64,000 nucleotides of DNA from Phoronis australis (Eukaryota > Animalia > Phoronida), in NCBI GenBank assembly GCA_002633005.1, contig NMRA01000180.1:634789-698788 (forward strand), read 5' to 3'. Both the position numbers and the translations under genes were made by a program. Below are positions 1 to 12,300 of the stretch, piece by piece. Below the pieces are notes generated by a model. The model worked only from the letters and a program-made list of their open reading frames with translations. It did no database searches and had not been told where the DNA came from. Every line of letters begins with the position of its first letter. Positions within the stretch are counted from its first letter, which is position 1.

Positions 1-1019
1 GGGGGGGGGGTGGGGTTCGATTAAACCACCGAACCCCCCGGGTCTGTTCAATACAAACCCAAGATAAATGTCCTCTTTTATTCAATGCTTGAGTATGTTA
101 AGGCATAGAACTATGGTTCACGCGAACATGATTATCTAATCCTAGTTCCATAGCTGCTGATGTTGTATTCACTTCTGACTGGTTGTCTGATTATTCTAGA
201 TGTTGTGAGTCCCCATATGGTCAGTCAACTATTGTGTAAAACTATTCAGTGTTTGACCTAGTTTCTGGCATGTTGGGTACATGACAAGGTGCAAGGGATC
301 ACTTTCATGTAAGTTTCTCTATGCTCTTTGATAGTTTGTTATGGGTGTCATTACCTTGTAGTATTATATGTATTGTTTTGGAGACGATCAGAAGCTGAGG
401 ACGCCTGTGGGTAGACTGTGCTGGATGTCTGGTATCAGATGCCTAGTAACTACCTTGTAGGCCTACCTACAAAGTGTCCACAAGCATTAATCCTGTATCA
501 ACCTCAATTAATGTTTAAACGTCGTATTGCCAGTGTTGTAACGTACTGACAATAAATGAATGTAAAGCTTGCTTCGAGTATTATGGTTCACTGGCAGGCT
601 GCCTTGCACTATAAGCTGGTCTCATAATTTCGATTTTCTTACTCGAAATCTCTAGTTTTTTATCGAGAATAGAGGTTACCAAGTGCACACTTAAAACTCT
701 TCTGTTGGAACCATGGCGTACTACTCTAGCACAGGAGTTCAAATGACAAAAAATTTCGAGTTCGATTTCGAGTACAAGTAGTCCCCGGGCCCAGATACCT
801 TTTGAAACAACTGTGAAGGAAGAATATTCTGTAAATTTCTTTGAAAACCGTTGATCGCGAAAACCGCGAGCAAAGCCAACACACATGAGTAGCATTGGAA
901 TGTGATGTTCATATAACCCGGCCGAGTTTATCGTCTAGATGATGACTCGCTTTCGTGTTTCGTCAGTTTTAAGATTTAATTGTAAAAGGATAATTTTTAT
1001 GTTCATCCGACTTATACCA

Positions 1020-1165
1020 GCCTCCCGTTCAGTAACGCTAGGACCTCGCTTAAAAGCAAGACTTCGCGAGATTACGTGAGGTATTGCCGTGTTTGAAAAC
1101 ACGTGATTTTTTCTAAATTTTATCTAGGTCCAAAAGCGTAGGTCCTAGCGCTACTGAACGCACGC
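1020..1165. mobile_element. Short TIR (MITE-like) element; inverted copy at about 5571-5710
   Basis: Ends CGTTCAGTAACGCTAGGACCT / AGGTCCTAGCGCTACTGAACG; the internal AAAGCAAGACTTCGCGA is found in reverse at about 5660-5680. Confidence 0.7.
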
Positions 1166-1698
1166 CCGGTTTACATGCTGGCTAACACGCTAGCACTTTC
1201 ACTAGCAACAAAGACGCCAGTAACGTACGTACAGCCTGCGAGGGTCACTTTTGCTGCTGCTTTGCTGGAGGTTTGAGTTACACCGAAACTACTGGCGGTT
1301 TTCGCTATTCTATAGGATGAAGTGAGCGTTGAAAGTGCAAGTGTTTTAGCCAGACAGAGGAGTTGTGCGAGGGTCATTATAGCAAGCAGTTTACTGAGTT
1401 CGTTTGTTTCCCCCCATCACCCGAATCGCTTATAAGCCCAAATTAATATTAATACACGTTCCCTCTCGGCTGCCATCGCGACAAAGGCCTTTTCTTCTTG
1501 CCCATCTTTGTCCTTTGAGGTAAGTGATTTGGCCATAAAATTGATAGCGCCGAAAAACGCCAACAGTTTTGGAGTAACCCAAACCTCCAGCAAAGAGTCA
1601 GCAAAAGTGACCCTTACGACCTTTCACATTACTGACGTGTTTGCTCCCAGCGAAAGTGCCAGTGAAAACGCTAACATTTTAGCCTGCATGTGAACCAA
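1166..1698. mobile_element. Foldback/MITE with long imperfect inverted arms
   Basis: GGTTTACATGC...GCATGTGAACC termini; arms of about 150 bp are mutually inverted (TTTGCTGGAGGTTTGAGTTAC vs GTAACCCAAACCTCCAGCAAA). Confidence 0.7.
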
Positions 1699-3365
1699 GT
1701 ATTAGATGCAAGTCTCTTCAGCATAGCATTGTTAACACTTTACGAATCTGTTCTCGCTCAAACACGACCCAGTCGCTCAATAAATTCTTACACTCGCGAC
1801 GTGATGAGAGCCGGTCCGACGGTATTAGACTACTCGTGGGATAAAACTAAACAGAGTTGAGCTGTCTCAAACATGCAATATGAACTCAAATTTTTTATTT
1901 TCATATTGCATGAATCTCGTCTTTATTACTAAAATTAGCAATTTTTCAGCGCATCATTTGCCATGTCATATATTCATACGCGTTGTTTGAGACTTGACAC
2001 TGACAGGTTTTCCTTTCAAGGAGTAAAAGCCGCGGACGACGCCGGGAAGAACTAGTTTGTGATCTGTTTTTAAATCAAAAAAGTCCTTGTCAGCTTGGTA
2101 AATATCGGGAGCGTAAAAAGTTGTTGAGCGACTGGGTCGCGTTTGCGTTTCTCGCTTCACCAAACTAAGGTGCAAATTTCAGTGAAACGAGACCCAAATG
2201 TCGCCCTTTACTGCCTCAAGTGATCAAGTCCGAGCGTCCTTTGCATCTATGTTTTGCCAACAGAGATCCAATGTCTATCCCAGAAAATTCCTCTAACTAT
2301 TAGTTCCGACAGAAATCAGTTGTAAACGTTTTTTCACATCTACAGCTGACGACTGAGTGAAGATTGCATCAAGTGTTTAAGTCCGTCTCAGTATTAACAA
2401 TATGATATCAGTTTTACACCTTTATTTCATTTTGATGAGTGGTCTAGATTTTAGTCCCGTTTAGACATCAACTTTGGGCCCGGCGCAACTGATTGTCGGT
2501 GGGCCAGATCTCACAGCAATCATCCTTGTGAGTACTTTAGGGGGGCAACCTAGTTCTTTCTATGTGGGTAGATGTGGTACACCCATCAATCAAATTCCAC
2601 TTGCACATTTTTTAAGAAGGTGTTGTTGTTGCAATAAATATTGTGCTCATACCTGTCACTTGATGGCGTTTTTCTACTAAATTGACCAATCAGAGAGACA
2701 GATTGTATTGTTGTGCTTAATAACTTCAACATGGCAGCTCCCATGGAGTGTGATGCTTGTATAATCCACGGTTTATCAAACAGCACTAAATTGTGACAAC
2801 CAGCACTTGGGGAAGCTTAGAGAAGCATTCTGACGAAAGGTGATGGACAGGGCAACTCTCTGGATCATTTTAGATGGAAAAGAAGAGGTGTCACAAACGC
2901 TTGTGCCGAAAACAGCTGCATTGTCCAACGGGACATGTCCATGTAGCTATACTGGTGTAGAAGTCTAAGTGTTAGACCAAAAATTGGAAGGACATAGAAA
3001 CGAATAGCAACGTTTCAAGACACCAGCAGTAGCACTTAAGCGGAAGCTGCTGAAAGTGACATAGATGTAAATTGTTATCCCAGATTTCCTCAAAAAATCA
3101 ATTATACTTCCAAAATCTGAAACACCAAATTAACCTGTACAAGATTGGAACACTCTGACACATGAGTACACCATTTAGTGACCCTGCCATTTAGCAGTGT
3201 CTCTTTATGCTTATTGACCGGGATCGGTGTCATTGACCCAAATCTCTTTGTTATGGATTTGTGACATACACCGGTGTACACGAATGCACGATTTGTTTTG
3301 AAAAACGTTGCTGTTTTCAGACGTTTGTAGTTGACGAACTTACCTACCGAATACCGAAAACCAAC

Positions 3366-6300
3366 ATGACAAGCACCAAGGATAAGGGGTAAGGAATTTT
3401 GCCTAGTATACTTCTAAGTGCAAACGAAACAGAGAAAGGTGGCTGACAAATTTAAAAATCGAGTATGAGACAGAATAGAACAACTGAAACAGACTAAATA
3501 GCCGCTGCTCCTTTAACGTTGTTCTTCAACGCCGTTGGAAAGTACGACTCTGATCGGAATGTTTGGTCGTATGTCATTTCAGCATATCTAGCCTAAACTA
3601 TTTATTCCGTCTCATGGTGCTATTGCTATTGTTGTTGTTGTTGTTGATTCGAAAATGCGAGGCGTGAAAGTACAAACCTTGTCAAGTATTGCTCAGCTTA
3701 TTCGCTTCCTTGTACCAAGACTACGCTTTTCCATCAAAGCGAAAGTTTCCGAAAATGCTATGCGCTCTGGGAGTTTGTTGGTTGCGGAAGTGAATCATCA
3801 CAAAGGGGTTTACTTTTAATTTCAATCAGCGATATCATGACTCTTATCATAATTTCCAAAACCCATAGGCGTAACTACATGTATTTGCATGCTCCTAACT
3901 GTGCTAATGTATAGCAGGAACTAAACGACTATGTTATTTTAAAGTAATCTACGATAAACAAAGTGCAGTAGTATTTATTGACAATTTGTAAATGTGAAAA
4001 CAAAAAATTCGCCATATAGGTGACATTTACACTAATAACGTACCTCGCGGGCTCACATAGCCGTGTTGCACCACGTCACAATACTTACTGGACTCGTTTC
4101 AGTGATTTGCGGCGGATGATTTCGCCACAAAACTCGTTCTCAAAAACATTTGGCAATTTTCAACCTATTTCATATTCACATTGATGTGTTTCTAATTTGA
4201 CCAAGGAATCACAGAGATATGGATTTAGCGTGCAAGTTCCACTTTAAGGCCGTTATCCGCTTTTTGTATTTTCTGAGTAAAGCACCGTTCACCTGCATGA
4301 ATTAACCACTTGGAATTTTAGCTTCCCCTCTCTGTTGTCCTATGTCACAATGCATTCTTGGACAGATGGAAATGTTTCCACTGATGGCTTCAGGCATTCG
4401 GAACAAATAACGTGTGCACACCATTATTTCAGTGGACCAGTTTACACCGCAGAAGTGTACACAACGGACGAAAAGGAATGGAAAAGAACAGGGACAGATA
4501 ACAATGTCTACCTGTCCTTATGTGGTGAGAACACGCGTTGTCATAGGTTTGCGAATTTTTGACAAATCCTTTAATAAAACTAGAAGTGAAAAAGCTAATA
4601 GTCACTCGTCCTGTGCTGCATTCCTAAACGCACGGTACTCGCGACACACTTGTGGCAAGAAATCTCGGCAAGTACCAATGTATTTACGACCTTTTCTTAT
4701 CATCCTTGCTGAGTGGCCATTTCGGTGGCGATCTTCTGTAAGATCCCGATTGTACTCGCGAAATTATTTTCATTGCTTTCACGTGATTTTGCGTGATCTT
4801 GTGTGGTATCACCGAACTGAAAAGAAGTTGTTGGAAAAAAACGCATTGTAGGTATGACTGACGTAGTTATCGAAAGGTTACGCCGCTAACTAGCACACTT
4901 CTGATCCGAATCGATAGCGATTCAAAACGATCACTCGGCCTGTCATCTGTATGGAAACTTTGCAACCCACTATTGTTGGCGTTAAAATGACAGAAGATAA
5001 CTAATTGATGAGCACGGCACCAGACAAGAGTCAGGCAGGTGCCCTACGGATGCACAGCAACCTATCTAAATATTACACAAGCACTGTAGAGTTGTGGTAT
5101 TTCGGGATGTGGCTACTGGTATATCACGATTTGCATTATCTGTGCACAGTAGGACTAAGCTTTTGTGACATGACATTTTTGTTGACTAACTCCCTCGCAT
5201 TGTCAAAAAATCATAGCTAACAACGTTCGCCAAAGAAATTAATGTTGATTTAAAATATCTATGTTTTCAAAAGGTGTTCATGGGGTGACGGAGCGCGTTT
5301 TATTGGATAAAAGATGGCACGACGACTTGGAGGCAGGTTCGCGGGAACTCTACCAAATTAATGGCGGCGATGTCGGTGACCTTTTATATATGACATTAGA
5401 AAGAGAAGGACAAGATGATTGGCGTCTTGACAAGGTGAGGTGGCGAGTGTACGCTCCTAACCTTATTTTGGTCCATTCTTTACGTCCTACTGATAACGCC
5501 ATAACCATAATCATTTGATCAGCATACGTTGTACCAGACCGCCTGAGGAGTTAGAGGAGTTAGAAACCTGGGGTGCGTTCAGTTAACGCTAGGACCTAGC
5601 TAAAATCTAGTCAAAGTCACGTGATCTCATTTGAAATACACGGAAATATCTTAGGTAAATTCGCGAAGTCTTGCTTTTTAGCGAGGTCCTAGAGTTACTA
5701 AACGGGAGGCTGATTCAAGGGTCTAACAGTGTGGCCCAGTGGGACTCGAACTCACGACCTCGAGTAAAGAAGGCGGGCACCAATCACATTGGGCCACACT
5801 GCCTCCTTCTGCGTGTATTCTCACTAGACATGTAGCTTTGAACATCTAGGTGGAATGATTAGTAACTGAAATGCTTTTACTATCAAATTTTTAAAATTGA
5901 CACTTTGTCTATGATAACGCCACTACTTTCATTGGCAGGTTATCATAACAAATAATGTTACTAACGTAACGACACTGTTTCCTGTGTATGCCTGGATAGA
6001 GGCCGTGATGAGAATTCGGCCTGGCAATGCTTTGTTACCGTTCCAAGAAATCAGCGACGAAACGAGGAAACTTCGTAAAGAGGAGATAAAGAGGCAAAAA
6101 GAGGTGTACCGGTACAAAGAAGGGAATGCCACTCGGCCTGGATACATTGAAATAAAGGCACACGAAAACCTGCCCAAATTTGTACGATTCTTTGATGCGA
6201 AACAATACGATATCCAGGTACGAAGTTTATGCATAACATAGGTTAACATGACCTCTTTATCCTTGACCGAGACGAATAAGTTTGATGCTATAATAAATGT

Positions 6301-9300
6301 ACACACAAAAGTATGATAATTGTCATTTAAAAAACAATTGCTCATGTACCTAATAGTCCTTATAACTGAGGATGGTAAATGAGCAATTGTTTTTTAAAGC
6401 GACATTATTGTTTTTGCGGCCAAGAAACGCGTTGTTGGGACTGTTGTAGGACAGTATAGACTTTTGAAGTTATGATAACCAGAACAACAAAACCAGAAAA
6501 ATCTGTTGTTTTTGTTACTACAAATCGTCAAGTCTCCCCGAAGTATGCCAGACAGTTGCTGAATTTTAGGCTGTTTCCTTAAACAGTTTAATACGCTCAA
6601 AATCACGCTCAACACATTCGTCATATAAGTGCATATAAGTAGAGCTTGAGAAACGTTTTTGGTGCCAAACTGGACCGTTCTCTTTTCTAACGGAATTTAA
6701 GGAACAGGACTGTTTTTCGATGGCATAAAACCATACAAGCGTATGCAGTGACGATCAAATTTCTTGGCCTACACTGTGACCATTCACCACTAACTTCAAT
6801 GTCCAAAATATTCCAACGATTAGCCGGCGAATTTAATTTTTTATACTTGCTAAAGTTTCTTGTCACTTCTCTAAACTTGAAGGAAACCCTTTTCCAAGAA
6901 ACACACTTTTTTTAATCAATCGTATCAATCTGAATACTTTAAAAGCCAGGACGATTGAACATTTTCTCGACATCCTTCTTTCACTGCACTAATACTCAAA
7001 GACAAAGTTTGGCCACGCCTTGTCGCCAAAGGGGAATGCTGCAGCACGTTATTGTGATGTGTAAGAGCTGCTTATTGTATCACGTACTGCCAGACTGTAT
7101 TAAGTGGATCGAGAACTAATTCTAGTGATCAAACAGAGCCTATAACATCAATAGGGCAATAGTAAGCCAGTAGACAAAGCAGGTGATCTGTCGTGTCGTT
7201 TTAACGACCTCTGCACCAGAGAGGCATGCGCGCGCGCGGGCGTGTGTGTGTACGTGCGCACGTAGGTGTGTACCGGAATAAATATTACAGCACAACTTTG
7301 ATGTGGCCAAGAAGAAGTTTGGAATCAGCACATTGATAGAAAAACTGCACACGTGGGATAAGCCCGAGCATGTAGCGCATATTGGTATGAGGTAATACAG
7401 GAAGCGTTTTACAGTCACCCAAATCATTTGAAGCATTTATTGTTGGTTTTGCGGTACAGGATGACAGGTATTAAGTCACTTCATGCCAATTTTGAACGTG
7501 TTTTGGCCAATTAGCTGCATGAATAAAAAATCTATTTGCACATTTGTGATCAATATGATTAAAATCCCAAACAACCCCTTACTTGAAGATGAATGTTTGA
7601 GGTTCAACTATTAGATTGGAACCCAATGGCTTGATTTTTGATAGTGTTCATGAGTCGCTTATGACTCCGTGACCTAATTAGCGGAAGTGACGCTGTGGCC
7701 ACATTTCAACATCGTCGGCCAGGGCAGAGTTCAAATACCGCTAAAACCTCGGTAGGAAAGCAACAAGACTTCACTAGAGTACGCGAGACATTGCCGTGTA
7801 GGGTACTTTAAATGAGAGCACGTGATTTTGACTACATTTGTAACCGCGTGACAGCTACTGAATTCAGTATCCAGGTCGCGTCAGCTGTATTACAAAAAGC
7901 GTAATGTTACCGTTGTATTCTTACTAAAAGTCGCCGAAAAACAAATCATGTGGTTACCACAGAAACTTATGTACCCTTGTCAGGTTTTTGTGGTTAATTG
8001 TGTGGGAAGTACCCGATAGCCTGTCTCCCGTCATTTTGGGAGTTACAGACTCGGCAATGAANAATGACGACGTTAAATTTTTCGCAGTTTGTCTATGTCC
8101 TCCAATATTGTTTTGAGAAAACACAACACTCATACCTTGGCCTATTTGCCTCACAGTTATTTGTCTACATCTGCATTGAAACTTATAGACGCGCCTCCTC
8201 CCTTACTAATAATCGACGTCTGTGGTTCCTCGCCTCAGTGTTTTGTGCCTCTGTCTTCATGTATGTCTGTACATACTGATGATATCCGAAGATATCATTC
8301 AAGTAGAAAAATCTTCATCGACGTCGTAGTCGTCAGTATTGTCGTCGTTGTTGTTGTCGTAGTTCAATCCGTAATTCCTGTCGACTTCCGGAAGCGAACC
8401 CTCTGCGTCAAGTTTGTTTCATGGGCGAATTAGATCAATTTGAAAACGTTGCACGTGCGCGTGATTATGAGTTTGGATCCCTTGAGCAGTACTGAACCAG
8501 ACCGAAGAGTTGCTGATTCCAACTATTGCAAACTAGTTTATTTGATCCTAACGGCCAGTATAATCGTAGCTGAAAACGTTTTTAATGGAAATCCACTACC
8601 GTTATAATTGTTCAAAACAAATTTATCTAGCTCGAATGACTGTCAACCTTGACATGACGTGTACGCAAACAGCGTGTAATAAAGATGACTCATTTTCCAT
8701 GTGCTTTAATCCCCAGTCCTAAGTATTGTTTTTATGTGTGTTAAGGTTTACTTCTGGTGAAGATTTGGAGTTTCAACAATTTTATCTTGAGAAGTGGGAC
8801 GATGATGTTGTATTCGGGACTATGGTTTTGAACGGACCAAATCCTGCCATGATCAGGAGATGTTCCAAACTTCCGGAGAACTTTCCGGTTACCAGTGACA
8901 TGGTGAACAAATCTCTACAACGCAATCTTGCTCTGGAGGCCGAGATGAAGGTAGGGAAGTGTTCTGGTATAAGAATAGGTAATTTCTTCTCATTCCACCC
9001 ATCTTTTGAAATTCATGTCTTTCCCCTTTTCTCTGAGGCCGTGAAAAATATGGCACAAATAATTCAAAGTATAGGCAATAGATGCAACTGTGTCTAAATT
9101 GTCATTCCCGGAAAATATTCTCTGTGAGGAAGAAGATTCACCAGTCTCGAAATGTGGCCGTCCTTTTAACCCTTAGTTATAATGTCTATTGGAAAATTGC
9201 TCTAAATCTATGTTCCTTACAGTAAATGTGTGTATCACGAATTTGGGCTATACATGTAGTTTGCTACGTGTTCTCTGTATGTAAGGAGGACCCTGTGTCT

Positions 9301-12300
9301 TAAAACGATTTGTCACCATCAACAAACGTTTATCACGACACCTGTTATATATCTATCACTTGAACTACGAAGATGTGGATGGTATGAAGTTTGAGTACGT
9401 GCATGTAGATAGAGTGACGCCATGGTCTATATTTTTCAGGAGGGACATGTCTATATTCTAAACTACGAAGATTTGGTTGGCCTTGGGAGATTCAGGAAAG
9501 GAGAGGACGTCCGTCACTGTGCCAATGCCATAGTGCTCCTCTACGTGCGCCCTTCCGGTCATCTGGTGCCCATCGCCATCAAGCTGGACCAGGACGACGG
9601 ACCGATCTGGACCCCAGAGGACGGTCTTGGATGGACCATGGCCAAGATGTACGCGAAGAACGCCGACGTTCAGATTCATCAAATGGGAAGCCATCTGATG
9701 GGAACACACTTGGTGATGGAGGCCGTGATAATGGCCACATTGCGAAATTTGTCCAGTGTCCACCCCATCTACAAGCTTCTTCTGCCGCACACTCGCCTCA
9801 CCATCGCGATCAATACCCTTGCCAGAGCGAAACTAGTTGGACCTGGCGGTGTAGTCGATAAGACCTTTTCCGTTTCAGGAGGTTAGCTTAATTTTGAAGT
9901 TTACTTCATGCCAAGTCCAATGAAAGAGATAAATTCAGACGAAATCTTGTGACGTAAAGCAACCAAAATGTGTATAACGCTCGTCAGTGTACAATGCCTG
10001 AAATGTGGCCAATTTATTTCGGCAGTACCTTCAACATTGTTGTAGGAAGCGGGCAGATGATGACGGGTGCCATTGTTAAATGAGTGTTGACGTGTTCATC
10101 GTGAACAATGTTCGTACAACAAAGGTTTTATTTGTTACCGGGAAGTCATTACTAATAAGTGACAAGTATTTTCACGTGTTTTTGAACGTGATTTGAGAAC
10201 GAGCTGATCAAATTGTCAACAATATAAATATTATCGACTACATGCACGCAGCACCGGTGTGACAGAAAAGTGACATTCTATCTATAACTAGCATCTTTCG
10301 AATAAGTTTCAGGTATACCGCGGATATCAAAAAAGCTGACTCGGATTTCGAAAACTCTGGACAACCAATCTATGCGAATTCAACTGTATTTGATTTCAAC
10401 GCCATCACACTAACGGTATACCCCGTACGCGTGTAGGAACTTCTAATAGCCAACATTTTAGAAAAATCACACTTGTAAGCCAAAGAGATCGGCCACAGTC
10501 TGTGGACAAATATCTTTTCTTTCTAATGACAATAAATATTTTATTTTCAAAGCTTCTGCAATTACTTTGGCGGAAAACCCGACAAATCGTTGTTTAGACA
10601 CCTGGCCCTTTTTGATAATTTTTGTTGGTGTTTTTGATTTTGCTTGTACACACATGCAAACTTCAAGTTCTGGCAGCGCCTCATCGAAGAGACCGTGAAG
10701 TGCTCATATGCAGAAATTACGTGATCCAAATTGTGACGGTGTAATTAGCAATGGCAGTAGAACAAATTCATCTATCTACGCACCAATATAAAAAAACCAT
10801 TTGTATGCGAACACAGGACAGCTTTGTAGTTGATCTAATGAGTCTGGCTAAATGTTCCAGGTTAGTGACAAACTGGAGATAAAACCTACTTGTCCTATGC
10901 ATGCTGTTGTTGCAGACGGCTATCACATCAAGTTAGTCGAGAGATGTTACCGGAAGCGTTTCCAGTGGAATAACCTTAACATCCCAAACGAGCTCGCGAG
11001 TCGTGGCGTCGAGGACGCCAAGCTACTTCCAAACTATCACTACCGTGATGACGCGCTGCTGCTTTGGGACGCCATCTTGGAATATGCCAGACAGATGGTT
11101 GCTATTTACTACACGTCAGACCGTGATGTGATAGCAGACGATGAGCTGCAAAACTTTATGAAGGAGGTAAGCACAGGTATGCCGGTAGGTCTGCCGAAAT
11201 GCCGTCTATAAATTTCCTCCTGTCGTTATATTAACGCCTCATGGTATCTCCCACTAAGCCTTAGTTTGTATTACAAGCTGATAATCGGTGATTTATCTCC
11301 TCAAATTTGTTGTACTAGTTTTGAGTCTATACATACCGTTATATAGACATGTCTGTTCAGTGCGACTAAGTATATCAGTATTGATTGTTATGTTCACACT
11401 TCTCAAAGTTATTGAATTACCTCTACTGCTTGTGTGTAACTTCAGCTCCACTTGGAGGGCTTCCCATCCGCTGAAGGTGACCTTGACAAGCAGTGTCCAG
11501 ACAGCGTCCGTACAGTGAGCGACTTGACCACCACCACGGCTATGATCATTTTCACCTGCTCTTGCCAGCATGCGGCTGTCAACTTCGGCCAATTTCATCA
11601 CATGTCGAACCCACTAGCTTATCCACTAGCGCTTCGCGAGCCTCCTCCGCAGGTTAGTTTTCTACTGGGCTCCGTGGTAATCTAGTATGCAGCATGCAAG
11701 TATGAGCACGTGTGTACTGGAATGAGAATGGGAACCAATGACAAAACACTCTTTTACTTTCATTAGCGCATAGAACTCAAGCCCTGGAATGCATCTGCGA
11801 TCTCGCAGCCGCTGAAGTTGCGTCCCGCATGCGTGAGAGTTGTTTACATTAATTTGTTCAGGCGTATATACTTGCTATGGAGTTTACCGTCATTTTAATG
11901 ACACTAAAATCTTTTACACAAAGCGAATTTGGCAAAAACCCGAAAAATGTTGGTAGGGTCTTGAAGTGGGATGGTATCCTAGATGGATTTAGAATCAAAG
12001 AAGCTTCGTTACGTTGAACTGATAATGCTTTAAATTGTTGTGAAAAGCGGCTATAAAGAACGAGAGGGTAGATATTTCGCATGCATGAAACCTTACGTGC
12101 GTTCAGTAGGGACCAGAATCTCGCGAAAACACAGGAGCACGCAAGACTCGCGATATATCGCCATGCCTTACACGCGAAGCACGAGATCACACTAGCTTCA
12201 TTATCGAGAGATTCTATGCGTCTACGAAATTGTTAGTTTTTGAAATACGGGCGAATAAAAATTCTAGTCACCACAGAGTTTCTAATTTTCCTCCCACTTT

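Noticed and set aside
2760-3180. Possible decayed coding or transposase relic upstream of LOX-A
   Set aside because: Multiple stops in the frames examined and no diagnostic motif recognised.
1-3365. Catalase-like allene oxide synthase domain fused upstream of LOX (coral AOS-LOX type)
   Set aside because: I found no catalase-like exons upstream of either gene, and each has a plausible short ATG exon directly before PLAT. A more distant upstream exon cannot be fully excluded, because an acceptor lies at about 3320.
5715-5805. Functional tRNA gene
   Set aside because: A and B boxes are present, but there is no convincing cloverleaf or anticodon arm; better explained as a SINE head.
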